This document shows positions 45,296 to 55,153 of a DNA stretch of 64,000 bases, one piece after another. The DNA is from an uncultured Candidatus Rokubacteria bacterium (lineage in GTDB: Bacteria > Methylomirabilota > Methylomirabilia > Rokubacteriales > CSP1-6). Below the pieces are notes generated by a model. It saw only the letters and a program-made list of their open reading frames with translations, made no database searches and was not told the origin of the DNA. The stretch is from positions 736,001 through 800,000 of the forward strand of contig CAVWWD010000003.1 in NCBI GenBank assembly GCA_963758635.1. Direction: 5' to 3'. How positions within the stretch are numbered: position 1 is the stretch's first letter; the number at the start of each line of letters is the position of its first letter. Made by a program: the position numbers and the translations under genes.

Positions 45296-45332
45296 CCCCT
45301 CTCCCCTCGGGGGAGAGGGCCAGGGTGAGGGG
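45296..45332 (+). repeat. REP-like palindromic element overlapping the probable dppC start
   Basis: cccctctcccctcgggggagagggccagggtgagggg. Confidence 0.75.
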
Positions 45333-46161
45333 CGGTCGCCGGCGCGCCCGCCCGTTCCGGCACGTCACGTTCACGATCGGCCTCGCCGTCACCGTCGCCC
45401 TCGTCGCCACCGCCGCGCTGAGCCTCGTCTACACGCCCCACGATCCCCTCGAGATGTCGATCGCCGGCCGGCTCCAGGGCCCGTCGGGCGGGCACCTCTT
45501 CGGCACCGATCAGTTCGGGCGCGACCTCCTCTCCCGCGTGATGACCGGCGCCGTCACGTCGATCCTGGTCGGCGTGATCGCGGTGGGGATCGGCATGGGC
45601 GTGGGCGTGGCGCTCGGCATGCTCTCCGGCTACTTCGGCGGCTGGACCGACGAGGGCTTCATGCGGCTCATGGACGCGGTGCAGGGCTTCCCCGCCATCC
45701 TGTCCGCGCTCCTGATCTCCTCGGTGTTCAAGCCGTCCACCGCCATCAGCATGATCGCGATCGGCGTGGCGTTCCTGCCCGTGTTCGCGCGGCTCACCCG
45801 CGGCGCCTTCCTCGAGCTGCGCGACCGTGACTTCGTGGTCGCCGCGCGCGCGCTGGGCGCGGGCGACGCCGCCCTCATCGGCCGCCACATCCTGCCGAAC
45901 ACGCTGTCGCCCCTCATCGTGCAGGCGACCATCAGCTTCCCGGTGGCCATCCTCGCCGAGGCCGGCCTCGCCTACCTGGGGATCGGCACCCAGCCGCCGC
46001 ACCCCTCGTGGGGGCTGATGCTGCGCGAGGCGCAGGGCTTCCTCGCGATGAACCCGTGGTTCGCGGTCTTCCCCGGCGGCGCCATCGCCCTCACCGTGCT
46101 CGGACTCAACCTGCTCGGCGACGGCCTCCGCGACCTCCTCGACCCCAAGCAGGCGCGCTAG
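45325..46161 (+). CDS. Peptide ABC permease (DppC-like); start approximate
   Basis: GTDQFGRDLLSR, AEAGLAYLG and NLLGDGLRDLLDP. Confidence 0.9.
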   Translation: MRGGRRRARPFRHVTFTIGLAVTVALVATAALSLVYTPHDPLEMSIAGRLQGPSGGHLFGTDQFGRDLLSRVMTGAVTSILVGVIAVGIGMGVGVALGMLSGYFGGWTDEGFMRLMDAVQGFPAILSALLISSVFKPSTAISMIAIGVAFLPVFARLTRGAFLELRDRDFVVAARALGAGDAALIGRHILPNTLSPLIVQATISFPVAILAEAGLAYLGIGTQPPHPSWGLMLREAQGFLAMNPWFAVFPGGAIALTVLGLNLLGDGLRDLLDPKQAR

Positions 46162-46196
46162 CGCGCCGGTCGATGATCTGGTAGTATGGCAGCGGT

Positions 46197-46475
46197 ATGG
46201 TAAAGGTCACGTTCACCCTCGACGAGGCCACCGTGGCCCGTCTCCGGCAAGCCGCGGCGCGACTGGCCCGCCCCCAGAGCCAGGTGGTCCGCGAGGCCAT
46301 CCGCGACTATGCGGAGCGGGCCGGCAAGCTGAGCGAGGACGAGCGACTCCGCCTCCTCCGTGCCTTCGACGAGCTCGTGCCGCGGATTCGCCGGCGTCCG
46401 GCGGGGGCCGTGGCCGCGGAGATCAGGGCCGTGCGCGACGCCCGCCGTCGCGGCGGCCGCCGCCGCGCCGGGTGA
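46197..46475 (+). CDS. Ribbon-helix-helix (CopG-like) antitoxin
   Basis: KVTFTLDE...SQVVREAI; GTGA overlap with the PIN gene. Confidence 0.85.
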   Translation: MVKVTFTLDEATVARLRQAAARLARPQSQVVREAIRDYAERAGKLSEDERLRLLRAFDELVPRIRRRPAGAVAAEIRAVRDARRRGGRRRAG

Positions 46476-46867
46476 TCCACCTCGACACGTCGGTGCTCAT
46501 CGAGGCGCTGAGCGGGGCCCAGCGCTCGGCGCGAGACCTTCGCGTGATGCTCGAGACGGGCGAACGGGTGGCTCTCTCGACGCTCGTGCTCTACGAATGG
46601 CTCCGGGGGCCTCGGGTGGCCGCGGAGCTCGCCGCGCAAGAAGCCCTGTTTCCTCGTGAATCGGCGGTGCCGTTCGGGACGGCGGAGGCGGCCCTCGCCG
46701 CCGATCTGTACCGCCGGCTCCCGCGCGCGCGGGGCCGCGAGGTCGACCTCGCCGTCGCGGCGTGCGCGATCACGCACGATGCAGTGCTCTGGACCCTGAA
46801 CCCCGAGGACTTCGCGGACATCGCCGACCTGCGGCTCCGCCAGCTTCGGGCGGACGGTAGGGGATGA
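46472..46867 (+). CDS. vapC: VapC family PIN-domain toxin
   Basis: IHLDTSVLI, VLYE, DLAVAACA and TLNPEDF. Confidence 0.9.
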   Translation: MIHLDTSVLIEALSGAQRSARDLRVMLETGERVALSTLVLYEWLRGPRVAAELAAQEALFPRESAVPFGTAEAALAADLYRRLPRARGREVDLAVAACAITHDAVLWTLNPEDFADIADLRLRQLRADGRG

Positions 46868-48300
46868 CCATGGCCGGATTCGCCGACTACGAGGAGTTCG
46901 ACGCGCTGGGGCTGGCCGGGCTCGTGCGCCGGGGCAAGGTGACGCCGGCCGATCTCCTCGACGCGGCGATCGAGCGGGTCGAGGCGCGGAACCCGCGGGT
47001 GAACGCGGTGGTCACGAAGCTCTACGACTACGCGCGCCGGGCCATCGCCGAGGGGCTGCCCGACGGGCCGTTCCGCGGGGTGCCCTATCTGATGAAGGAC
47101 CTCACGGCGTCGATCGCCGGCGTGCCCATGACGCGCGGCTCGCGCTTCTTCGCGGACACGCCGCCCCCCACCGCGGACAGCGAGCACGTGCGGCGCCTCA
47201 AGCGCGCCGGGCTCGTCATCTTCGGGCGCACCAACACGTGCGAGCTCGGGCTGTCGCTCACGTGCGAGCCCGTGCTGCACGGGCCCACGCGGAACCCGTG
47301 GGATCCCGCGCGCATCTCCGGCGGCTCGAGCGGCGGCGCGGCGGCCGCCGTCGGCGCGCGCATGCTGCCGATGGCGCACGCCACCGACGGCTTCGGCTCC
47401 ATCCGCGCCCCCGCCGCGTGCTGCGGCGTCGTGGGGCTCAAGCCCACGCGCGCGCGCAACACCATGGCGCCGTTCCTCGGCGAGGGGCTCGGGGGGCTGT
47501 CCTGCGAGCACGCCGTCACGCTGACCGTGCGCGACTCCGCCGCGCTCCTGGACGCCACGTTCGGCCCGGGGCCGGGCGATCCGTACTTCGCGCCGCCGCC
47601 CGCCCGCCCGTACCTCGACGAGGTGAGCGCGGATCCGGGGACGCTCCGCATCGCGTGGACGGCGGCCGCGCCCAACCGCGCGCCCGTGGAGGCGGAGAGC
47701 CTCGCCGCCCTCGACGAGACGGTGCGCGTCTGCCGCGAGCTCGGCCACCACGTGGAGGAGGCGAACCCGGAGATCGAGGGCGAGGCGGTGGTTCCGACGT
47801 TTCTGACCCTGGCCTCGGCCAACACCGTGGTGAACCTGGCGAGCCATCCCTCGGGCCGGCCGCCCGGGCCGGACGAGGTGGAGCGCGTGACGCGCGGCAC
47901 CGCGCTCCTCGGCGAGCGGGTGAGCGGCGCCGACTACGTCCGCGCCACCCAGACCGCGCACCGTCTCGGCCGTCAGATGGCGGCCTTCCACGCGCGCTAC
48001 GACCTGCTGCTCACGCCCGGGCTCGCCACGCTGCCCCCGCCGCTCGGGTACATCGACATGATGCTGGACGACGTCCACGAGTACTGGCGGCGGGTGTTCA
48101 CGTTCTCGCCGTTCACCGTGTGGTTCAACCTGACCGGCCAGCCCGCGATGATGCTGCCGCTCGGACGGTCGGCGGCGGGGCTCCCCGTGGCCGTGCAGCT
48201 GGTGGGACGCTTCGGCGACGAGCCCGCCATCTTCCAGCTCGCCGCCCAGCTCGAGCGCGCGCGGCCGTGGATCGCGCGGAGGCCGCCCGCGGCGGGGTGA
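46864..48300 (+). CDS. Amidase signature family protein
   Basis: GVPYLMKDL, GGSSGG and ATDGFGSIRAPA. Confidence 0.93.
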   Translation: MTMAGFADYEEFDALGLAGLVRRGKVTPADLLDAAIERVEARNPRVNAVVTKLYDYARRAIAEGLPDGPFRGVPYLMKDLTASIAGVPMTRGSRFFADTPPPTADSEHVRRLKRAGLVIFGRTNTCELGLSLTCEPVLHGPTRNPWDPARISGGSSGGAAAAVGARMLPMAHATDGFGSIRAPAACCGVVGLKPTRARNTMAPFLGEGLGGLSCEHAVTLTVRDSAALLDATFGPGPGDPYFAPPPARPYLDEVSADPGTLRIAWTAAAPNRAPVEAESLAALDETVRVCRELGHHVEEANPEIEGEAVVPTFLTLASANTVVNLASHPSGRPPGPDEVERVTRGTALLGERVSGADYVRATQTAHRLGRQMAAFHARYDLLLTPGLATLPPPLGYIDMMLDDVHEYWRRVFTFSPFTVWFNLTGQPAMMLPLGRSAAGLPVAVQLVGRFGDEPAIFQLAAQLERARPWIARRPPAAG

Positions 48301-48310
48301 TCGTCGTGCT

Positions 48311-48425
48311 CCCTCTCCCTTCCAGGGAGAGGGCCGGGGTGAGGGTCGGTGGAACTATCTCGCCGGTCTGCCCGCGTGCTCGTGCGACCGCCCCTCACCC
48401 TGCCCTCTCCCCGAAGGGGAGAGGG
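48311..48425. repeat. Inverted pair of REP-like elements (BIME-like) between convergent genes
   Basis: The copy at 48311-48345 and a reverse-complement copy at 48391-48425. Confidence 0.8.
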
Positions 48426-48451
48426 TTGTGAGGAGCCGCCCTGCGGGCGGA

Positions 48452-49498
48452 TCACCTCATGTGGGGGATCACCTCGTGGGTCAGCAGGTGGAGGCTCCGC
48501 GTCTCGAGCTCCTGCGGGATCAGCCCGCCGGGGTTCACCTCCACCACGAAGCCGTCCAGGCCCAGCTCGTCCCGGATCTGACCGAGCCGCTCGATCACCT
48601 GCGCCGGCGTGCCGAACGCCACCTTGCGGGCCAGCATGTCGTCGTAGGTGAGGCCGGCCATGCGCTCGGCCTGGGCGCTCCGCCGGTCGGCGGGGCCCGC
48701 GCCGGCGCGCCCCACCGCGGAGCGGGCCAGGTTCGTCTGGCGGCCGAAGAACGCGTGGAGGCTCTCGCGCGGCTCCTCGCGCGCGCCGTCCTCGGTGGGC
48801 GACACGTACACGGGAATGCGCAGGTACACGCTCGGGGCGCCCGTGTGACCGGCCTCGCGCCAGGCGTCGCGGAACGGTCCGAGCGCCCGCTTCACGTCGG
48901 AGATCTCGGTGGCGCGCAGGCCGACGAAGATCGGCAGCCCGAGCCGCCCGGCGATCGGGTACGTCTCGTCGCTCGTCGCCGCCATGCGGACGGGCGGATG
49001 CGGCACCTGGAAGGGGCGCGGCGCCACCGTGGTCTCCGCGACGCGGTAGAACTCGCCCTCGTAGCTGAACGGCTCGCCCGTCCACGCGCGGCGGATGATC
49101 TCCAGCGCCTCGCGGAAGCGCGCCTGGCTCTCCGCGTACGGCACGCCGTAGATGTCGTACGAGCGCACCACGCCGCTCCGTCCGATGCCGAACTCGAAGC
49201 GCCCCTCGCTGATCTGGTCGACGGTGGCCACCTCCTCGGCGATGCGGAGGGGATGGTTGAGCGGCAGCACCTGCACGGCCGTCCCCACGTGGACGCGCCG
49301 GGTGCGCGTGGCGATGGCGGTGGCGACCTGGAGCGACGCCGAGATCACGGATCGGCCCGGCGTGAAGTGGATCTCGCCCAGCCAGACGCAGTCCATCCCC
49401 CAGGCCTCGGCCTTCTCCGCGAGCCCGAAGACGTCGCGGAAGGCGGCGGGCTGGGTGACCCCCTGACGAAGCTCCTCGACGAAGAGCCCGAAGTGCAT
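48452..49498 (-). CDS. LLM class flavin-dependent oxidoreductase
   Basis: MHFGLF, WLGEIHF, HPLRIAEE.AT.D..S.GR...G.GR and FGTP. Confidence 0.9.
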   Translation of the reverse strand: MHFGLFVEELRQGVTQPAAFRDVFGLAEKAEAWGMDCVWLGEIHFTPGRSVISASLQVATAIATRTRRVHVGTAVQVLPLNHPLRIAEEVATVDQISEGRFEFGIGRSGVVRSYDIYGVPYAESQARFREALEIIRRAWTGEPFSYEGEFYRVAETTVAPRPFQVPHPPVRMAATSDETYPIAGRLGLPIFVGLRATEISDVKRALGPFRDAWREAGHTGAPSVYLRIPVYVSPTEDGAREEPRESLHAFFGRQTNLARSAVGRAGAGPADRRSAQAERMAGLTYDDMLARKVAFGTPAQVIERLGQIRDELGLDGFVVEVNPGGLIPQELETRSLHLLTHEVIPHMR

Positions 49499-49591
49499 GA
49501 GCGAGACCTTTCTGTCGGTCCGCATCATTCGCGAATGAAAGCGGACCCTTGGCACTGCGTCAGCCCGGTGCCCTGGGCATGCATGGGCACC

Positions 49592-50104
49592 TCAGGGGGC
49601 GTCCGCGATGTCGCGCGCGTGCGCGAGCACGTGCATCACCGCCACCTGGAGGAACACGGCGGCGAGGGGGCCGGTGACGCCGCCGGCCGAGCGGATGGGG
49701 CGGGCGAAGAGCGTCTCGTCGGCCGCCTCCACCGCGGCGATGGTCGCGGCGCGATTCCGCTCGAACTCGGCGATCAGCTCGGCTACGGGGAGGCCGGCGC
49801 GCTTGGCGACCTGGCGATCGTTGTAGGAGTCGTTGCCGCCACGCATGGCGCGCGTGGGCGGATCCCCCGGCGGCGCCGGCGCGGCGCTCGGCGCCCCCGC
49901 GTCGCGCGCGATGTCGATGAGCCGCGGATACGTCCACTCGATCGACGCGATGTGCGCGAGGATCTGGCGCCCGTTCCAGCCGTTCTCGTAGCGGCCTTCC
50001 TCGAGGCGCTCGGGCGCGAGGGCCCGGAGCGCGGACAGCACCTCGTCGCGGCTGGCACGGAGCGCCGTGAGCAGCTCGCCCTTGGACGGCGCGGGATCGG
50101 TCAC
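49592..50104 (-). CDS. DinB/YfiT-like family protein
   Basis: GWNGRQILAHIA and C-terminal H...H...I. Confidence 0.75.
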   Translation of the reverse strand: MTDPAPSKGELLTALRASRDEVLSALRALAPERLEEGRYENGWNGRQILAHIASIEWTYPRLIDIARDAGAPSAAPAPPGDPPTRAMRGGNDSYNDRQVAKRAGLPVAELIAEFERNRAATIAAVEAADETLFARPIRSAGGVTGPLAAVFLQVAVMHVLAHARDIADAP

Positions 50105-50580
50105 AGCGGGATGGCCAGGAGCGTGTCGATGCGGCTACTGTCGCAGACCACGATGCGCTCGCGCAGGCGCAGGACGCCGTCCTCCTCCACCACCGCGTCC
50201 AGGTAGCGGCCGGTGGCGAAGATGTCCATGCGCCCGTCGCGCATGATGCGCACGACGAGGAAGGGCGTCTCCACCCGGGCGATCCCGTCCGCCTCGGACA
50301 GCACGGCGGGCATGCCGACCACGTGGCGGTACGCCTGGCGCTCGTAGATGTTGGCGCGGCGCAGCGCGGCCACGCGGTCCTCGAGCATGCCCTTGCCGTC
50401 CGCGTACATGAGGCCGGCGGGCATGCCGCGCCGGTGGTTGTCGGCCGAGGTCACCTTGTAGAGGCACTCGTCGGCGAAGAAGCCCGGCCAGTCCTCGAGG
50501 CGGTCGTCGTCCAGCGCGCGGGCGTAGTCGGCGTTGAGCTGCCACACCAGGGGAAGGAGGTGCGCCGGGGCCAGGGCCAT
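50101..50580 (-). CDS. Aromatic-ring-hydroxylating dioxygenase beta subunit (TphA3/AndAd-like)
   Basis: YARALDDD.LEDWP.FF, ML.DR...LR.ANIYE and DS..IDTLLAIPL. Confidence 0.9.
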   Translation of the reverse strand: MALAPAHLLPLVWQLNADYARALDDDRLEDWPGFFADECLYKVTSADNHRRGMPAGLMYADGKGMLEDRVAALRRANIYERQAYRHVVGMPAVLSEADGIARVETPFLVVRIMRDGRMDIFATGRYLDAVVEEDGVLRLRERIVVCDSSRIDTLLAIPL

Positions 50581-50590
50581 CGGCCGCGCC

Positions 50591-51832
50591 TCAGTGCCCC
50601 ATGTAGCGGCGATAGGCCTTCCAGAAGCCGCGCACCGACGCCTCGGTGGCGCGGGTCTCCTGGGACTCGGCGCCCTCGCCGCCCATGTTGACCACCGACA
50701 CCTCGTCGCCCGCGGTGGCCGCGCCGCGCTGGACGAAGCCGCCCACGCAGCCGTCCTCCATGGAGACGTAGCCGGCGGGCCCGACCAGGTTCGCCTGCTT
50801 GAGGCGCAGCCGCCGCAGCTCGGGGGTGTCGTCGGCGAAGCCCAGGTAGGTCCAGTTGAGATCCATCGCTCCCGGTCCGCGCGGCACCACCTGCCGGACG
50901 GCGAGGGAGTTGTGGATCTGCTGGAGCACGAAGCCCGGGAACACGGTGAGGATCTGGAGCTGGATGTCGTCGCCCATCTCGTTCACGGAGTCGAGCAGGC
51001 TCGGATCGGCGAGGCGGTAGCCCTGGTGCTCGGAGCGGATGCCCTGCTCGCGGTACGCGGAGCTGGTGCGGTCGTCGGCGCGGTCGATCGTGTAGCTCGC
51101 GTGGTGGCCGCCGTCCGGGCTCACGAGCACGCCGCCGCCCTGGGTGAGGCGGGTGATCCGGAACGTGCCGAAGAACGCGTGGAGCAGGCTCGCGTGGTAC
51201 GTGTCCTTCACGTTCTCGATGTAGAGCTTCCAGTTGTTGGGCAGGGCCTGGGTGAAGCGGCCGAGCACCTCCACGGGGCGGCGCAGCACGCGCCGGATGC
51301 GGCCGAGCACCTCCTCGCCCAGGTACTCCTCGATGGGCGGCGTGGCGTCGCACAGGGTGACGAAGACGAGCCCGCAGAGGGTGGTGGTGCGCAGCCGCCG
51401 CGGGCCGTGCGCCGCCTTGTCGAAGGAGGCAGGCATGCCGCCCTTGCCGTTGGCGCCCTTCTCGAACGCGATGCCGACGAGGGCGCCCTCCAGGTCGTAG
51501 CTCCACGCGTGGTACACGCACTGGAACCGTCGGTCGACGTGGCCGGCGTCGTCGAGCGCGATGAGGGCGCCGCGGTGCGCGCAGCGGTTCTCGAAGGCGT
51601 GGATCGCCCCGCCGGCGCCGCGCGCCACGATGATCGGCATCTCGCCGACGAACGTGGTGCGATAGTCCCCGGGCTCCGGGACGTCCGACTCGAGGCACGC
51701 GTAGTTCCACACCGGGCCCTCGAAGATGCGCCGCAGCTCGTCCCGGTAGTTGGCCTCGTCTTGATAGACCCAGTACGGCACGCGGGCCAGGCCCTCTCCG
51801 GGCCAGGCGCGCTGCGGGGCGGAGATGCTCAT
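50591..51832 (-). CDS. Rieske ring-hydroxylating dioxygenase alpha subunit, terephthalate 1,2-dioxygenase (TphA2)-like
   Basis: Rieske motif CAHRG...CVYH; NWKLY.ENVKD.YHASLLH; C-terminal [14 protein letters not shown] resembles TphA2 as I recall it. Confidence 0.88.
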   Translation of the reverse strand: MSISAPQRAWPGEGLARVPYWVYQDEANYRDELRRIFEGPVWNYACLESDVPEPGDYRTTFVGEMPIIVARGAGGAIHAFENRCAHRGALIALDDAGHVDRRFQCVYHAWSYDLEGALVGIAFEKGANGKGGMPASFDKAAHGPRRLRTTTLCGLVFVTLCDATPPIEEYLGEEVLGRIRRVLRRPVEVLGRFTQALPNNWKLYIENVKDTYHASLLHAFFGTFRITRLTQGGGVLVSPDGGHHASYTIDRADDRTSSAYREQGIRSEHQGYRLADPSLLDSVNEMGDDIQLQILTVFPGFVLQQIHNSLAVRQVVPRGPGAMDLNWTYLGFADDTPELRRLRLKQANLVGPAGYVSMEDGCVGGFVQRGAATAGDEVSVVNMGGEGAESQETRATEASVRGFWKAYRRYMGH

Positions 51833-51928
51833 GCGGAGCTCCTTTGGCGGCGGCGACGCGGGTGAAGAGGAGGATAGCACTAGCAAATGACTCCCGCAGA
51901 ATTGCGTCACAGCGCCTGCCTCGTGGAA

Positions 51929-52058
51929 TCAGCCTCTCGTGCGTTCGTCAGTTCCGCGGGGCTCTTGACGCGAGGCCCTGACGAAGTCGAGGATGGCGCG
52001 GGGAAGGAGCGTGTCCGGCGTGTTGAACGCGTACACCTCGGACATGTGACTGTGGCCG
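51929..52058 (-). pseudogene. Possible C-terminal remnant of an alpha/beta hydrolase
   Basis: GHSHMSEVYAFNTPDTLLPRAILDFV resembles the catalytic-His-containing end of small esterases; the rest of the gene is absent. Confidence 0.45.
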
Positions 52059-52244
52059 CTCGTGTCTGGCCCACCCTCGCGTGGATTTGACTCGCTGCGC
52101 CGCCGAGGCGAAGATCTCGTCGCGGTCACCCTGTCCTCCGAGAGGGTTCGAAGATCCCGACGATCAGCCGCGGCTGTCGCGTGAGACGCTCCCGACTGGT
52201 CCTCGCGGCGCGCGCATCGGGCGCGCCAGGGACACGCGGGCGGG

Positions 52245-52931
52245 ATGACGGACGCCTCCGCTCGTAGCGCCCGCGGCCCCCGGCGGCTCCTGGGGCTTGC
52301 CTTCCGTGGGCTTCCCGTCCTGCTCGCCCCGTGCGCGCGGGCGCGCCGGCTGTTCTTCTACGAGAGCGACCTGGACGGTCCGCTGCCGCCGCTCCCCCCG
52401 CCCTCGGTGCCCCTCGACCTCCACGTGGCGACGCGTGACGAGCTCCTGGCCCGGGCCGAAGAACTGCCCGGCTTCGGCGTGGACGTGGAGGAGGCGGTCC
52501 GGCGGCTGGACGAGGGGGACGTCGCCATCGTCGGGATCGTCGAGGGCGCCCTGGCCCACCTGCAGTGGATCTCGTTCCGCTCGCCGTGGGTGAACGAGAT
52601 CGGCGTCACCCTCCGTCTCGCCCCCGGCGAGTCGACGGCCTACGGCGCCTTCACCGCGCCCGCCTGGCGCGGCCACGGCATCCACGCCCTCGCCAGCCGG
52701 TTCCTCAACGAGGAGCAGCGACGGCGAGGCGCCACCCGGATGGTGGCCTGGGTCTGGGCGAGCAACCGGGCGAGCCGGCGCGTGTTGTTCGCCAAGCTCG
52801 GCCGGCGCCGGACCAAGACCGTCTGGTCCCTCTGGGTCCTCGGCATGCGCCGGCCCCTCCTCATCGGGGCCACTGCCACCGGCTCGCCCAGCCTCGCGCG
52901 CGGCGGCCCCGACGTGGCGCCGCCGCCTTGA
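52245..52931 (+). CDS. GNAT family N-acetyltransferase
   Basis: FTAPAWRGHGI (acetyl-CoA motif A) and NRASRR. Confidence 0.75.
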   Translation: MTDASARSARGPRRLLGLAFRGLPVLLAPCARARRLFFYESDLDGPLPPLPPPSVPLDLHVATRDELLARAEELPGFGVDVEEAVRRLDEGDVAIVGIVEGALAHLQWISFRSPWVNEIGVTLRLAPGESTAYGAFTAPAWRGHGIHALASRFLNEEQRRRGATRMVAWVWASNRASRRVLFAKLGRRRTKTVWSLWVLGMRRPLLIGATATGSPSLARGGPDVAPPP

Positions 52932-53114
52932 CAGGCCGCCGCGGCGGGGCGCGAATCCCTTACCGGCATCCGGCTGGATCAGCTCATCGAGCGCGTCCGC
53001 GCGCCGCGCCAGGTGGACGGAGGCGGCGCCAAGGACGGCGAGCGCTCGAGCTGACGGTCCCGCGCCGGCGCCGATCTCACGCCCTCGTGCCGGGGCGAGG
53101 CGGGCGCGGCGGAT

Positions 53115-55046
53115 TCAGGGCTGACGGATGGTGAGGAGAGGCTCGGCGGTCACCCGGCCCGTGTCGGCGCCGGCGCTCACGCAGGCCAGGTGCGTGGCAA
53201 CGAAGTCCTTGAACTCGGGCAGCATGACGTAGCCCGGCGGCACGTACGTGACGCGGAGCGGCCTGGGCTCGGGCACGCCGGGCGCGCCGGCCGCGGCGTA
53301 GGCCGGCCAGTCGCGCTCGACCTCGATCGTGACCGGCTCCGTCTGGCCGAAGCGCGGCGTGACGAGCCGCTGGAACCGGAACAGCTCCACGACGTCGGAG
53401 GGGTCGAGCCCGCGTTCCTCGAGGAAGCATCGAGTGTGCGCCTCGGCTTCACGGAGGAACGCGTCGGGGGCGGCGAGCACGGTCACCGCCAGGGCCTCCG
53501 CGACCTCGAGCGACCCCGAGCCCATCAGCGGGTGGGGCAGCGTGAACGGCCCGCACGCCAGGATCGAGTCGAGATAGCCGTCCACGAGCCGGCCCACGGC
53601 GGCGAAGCGCGTCTCGCCGGGCTCCTGCGTCCGCTCGCCGAGAAACGCCAGGTAGTCGACGATGTCCACGCCCGCCGCCTCGCCCAGCCAGTGCAGGACC
53701 ACGCGGAGCAGGCGCAGGTTGTAGGCGGCGCCGGCGAGGGCCACGAACCGGTACGTGCGCCGCCACTCGGGGATCGGCATGTCGCGGGTGCCCACGACGA
53801 GGTCCTGGTACTCCTCGATCACCGCGTCCCAGGCCGGGTTCGCCGAGGGCCAGCGCACGCGCCGCGTCTCGATCCCGAACTCCTCGATCGATGCGGGCGA
53901 CGCCAGCTCGGTGTTGTCGAGGAGCCGGCACTGGAACACGACGAAGCTGTGGCGGGGATGGGGCGGCATCGCCTGCGCGACGGTGCGGGCGAAGGACGCG
54001 AACGTCTGCCGCGGCAGGCCGAAGATCAGCTCGTTCCGTGTCGCGATGCCCCGCTCGGCGCAGATGTCCCGCAGGCGGATCGACTCGCCGCTCTGGATGT
54101 TGTCGCGCTTCACCGCGGCCAGCACGTCGTCGTCGAAGTCCTGCACGGCGAGCCCGACGCAGCAGCCGATGCCCGCCTCGTGCAGGATCTCGATCGTCCC
54201 GAGGTTCCGGCGGTGGTTGTTCTTGGTCAGGTAGAAGTAGCAGAAGCTCGGGTGTCCGGTGCGGGCCCGGAGCTCGGCCATGTGGCGCGCGATGTCGTGG
54301 TCGCGGGGACGGATGCCGAAGTTCGCGTCGGCGATGCACACGTGCCCGAAGTCGTGCGCGGCGATCCACTCGAGCTCGGCGATGACGCGCTCGAGCGGAA
54401 GCTCGACGACCTCGCGGGTCAGCGACCAGTCGCAGAACGTGCAGGTGAACGGGCACCCGCGGTTCGTCTCGAGGAGCGCCATCGTGAACCGCGCGCGGTC
54501 CCGGGCGACGAGCGCGTCGAACGTGCCGTCGAGGTAGGGGGAGGCCGTCTCCGACAGGTCGCGCACGCGCGCGGGCGGGCGGGTGAGGCGTACCTCTCCG
54601 CGGCGCCGCCACGCGATGCCGCCCACGCCGTCCAGGTCCGCCCCCCGGACGTGCGCGACCAGGAGGTCGCGGAACGCGAGCTCGCCCTCGGAGAGGACCA
54701 GCACGTCCACCTGCGGGTGCGCGTCGAGGAACCGCCGGGCCGAGGCCGGACGCCGCGGGACCGACGGGCCTCCGGCCACGACGAGGCAGTCTGGATGCGC
54801 GGCGCGCGCGGCGCGGGCGACGTCGAGCGAGTAGGCGGTGTTCCACGGGTACAGCGAGAAGCCGAGGACGTCCGGCGCGCCGTAGGCGGCGACGGCACGG
54901 TCGATGGCCTGGCGCTGCACGTGGATCGAGAAGCGCGCGGCGGACAGCGCCGGCGCCTGCTTCGCGGCGGCGACGATGCAGCCGGCGGCGAGGGGAAGAC
55001 CGGGCGTGTTGTCGATGCCCTCGAACTGGCTGACCACGACCTTCAT
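53115..55046 (-). CDS. Cobalamin-binding radical SAM protein with a long C-terminal extension
   Basis: B12-type N-terminus (GFSLYPWN, VAGGP, EGE); ETNRGCPFTCTFCDW; IADANFG; ELIFGLP. Confidence 0.9.
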   Translation of the reverse strand: MKVVVSQFEGIDNTPGLPLAAGCIVAAAKQAPALSAARFSIHVQRQAIDRAVAAYGAPDVLGFSLYPWNTAYSLDVARAARAAHPDCLVVAGGPSVPRRPASARRFLDAHPQVDVLVLSEGELAFRDLLVAHVRGADLDGVGGIAWRRRGEVRLTRPPARVRDLSETASPYLDGTFDALVARDRARFTMALLETNRGCPFTCTFCDWSLTREVVELPLERVIAELEWIAAHDFGHVCIADANFGIRPRDHDIARHMAELRARTGHPSFCYFYLTKNNHRRNLGTIEILHEAGIGCCVGLAVQDFDDDVLAAVKRDNIQSGESIRLRDICAERGIATRNELIFGLPRQTFASFARTVAQAMPPHPRHSFVVFQCRLLDNTELASPASIEEFGIETRRVRWPSANPAWDAVIEEYQDLVVGTRDMPIPEWRRTYRFVALAGAAYNLRLLRVVLHWLGEAAGVDIVDYLAFLGERTQEPGETRFAAVGRLVDGYLDSILACGPFTLPHPLMGSGSLEVAEALAVTVLAAPDAFLREAEAHTRCFLEERGLDPSDVVELFRFQRLVTPRFGQTEPVTIEVERDWPAYAAAGAPGVPEPRPLRVTYVPPGYVMLPEFKDFVATHLACVSAGADTGRVTAEPLLTIRQP

Positions 55047-55153
55047 CGGTGGCCCATCTTGCCACAGAGGATGACGCCGCGTCCGGGCGCCGGCGGACGC
55101 GGAGCGGCCGTGGCCGCGGGGTCGGCCGCGGGGGTGGGTGCTATGCTCGCCGC

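Noticed and set aside
52955..53054. Short coding-like stretch (GIRLDQLIERVRAPRQVDGGGAKDGERSS*) as a RiPP precursor or gene remnant
   Set aside because: No start codon or RBS, and too short to assign
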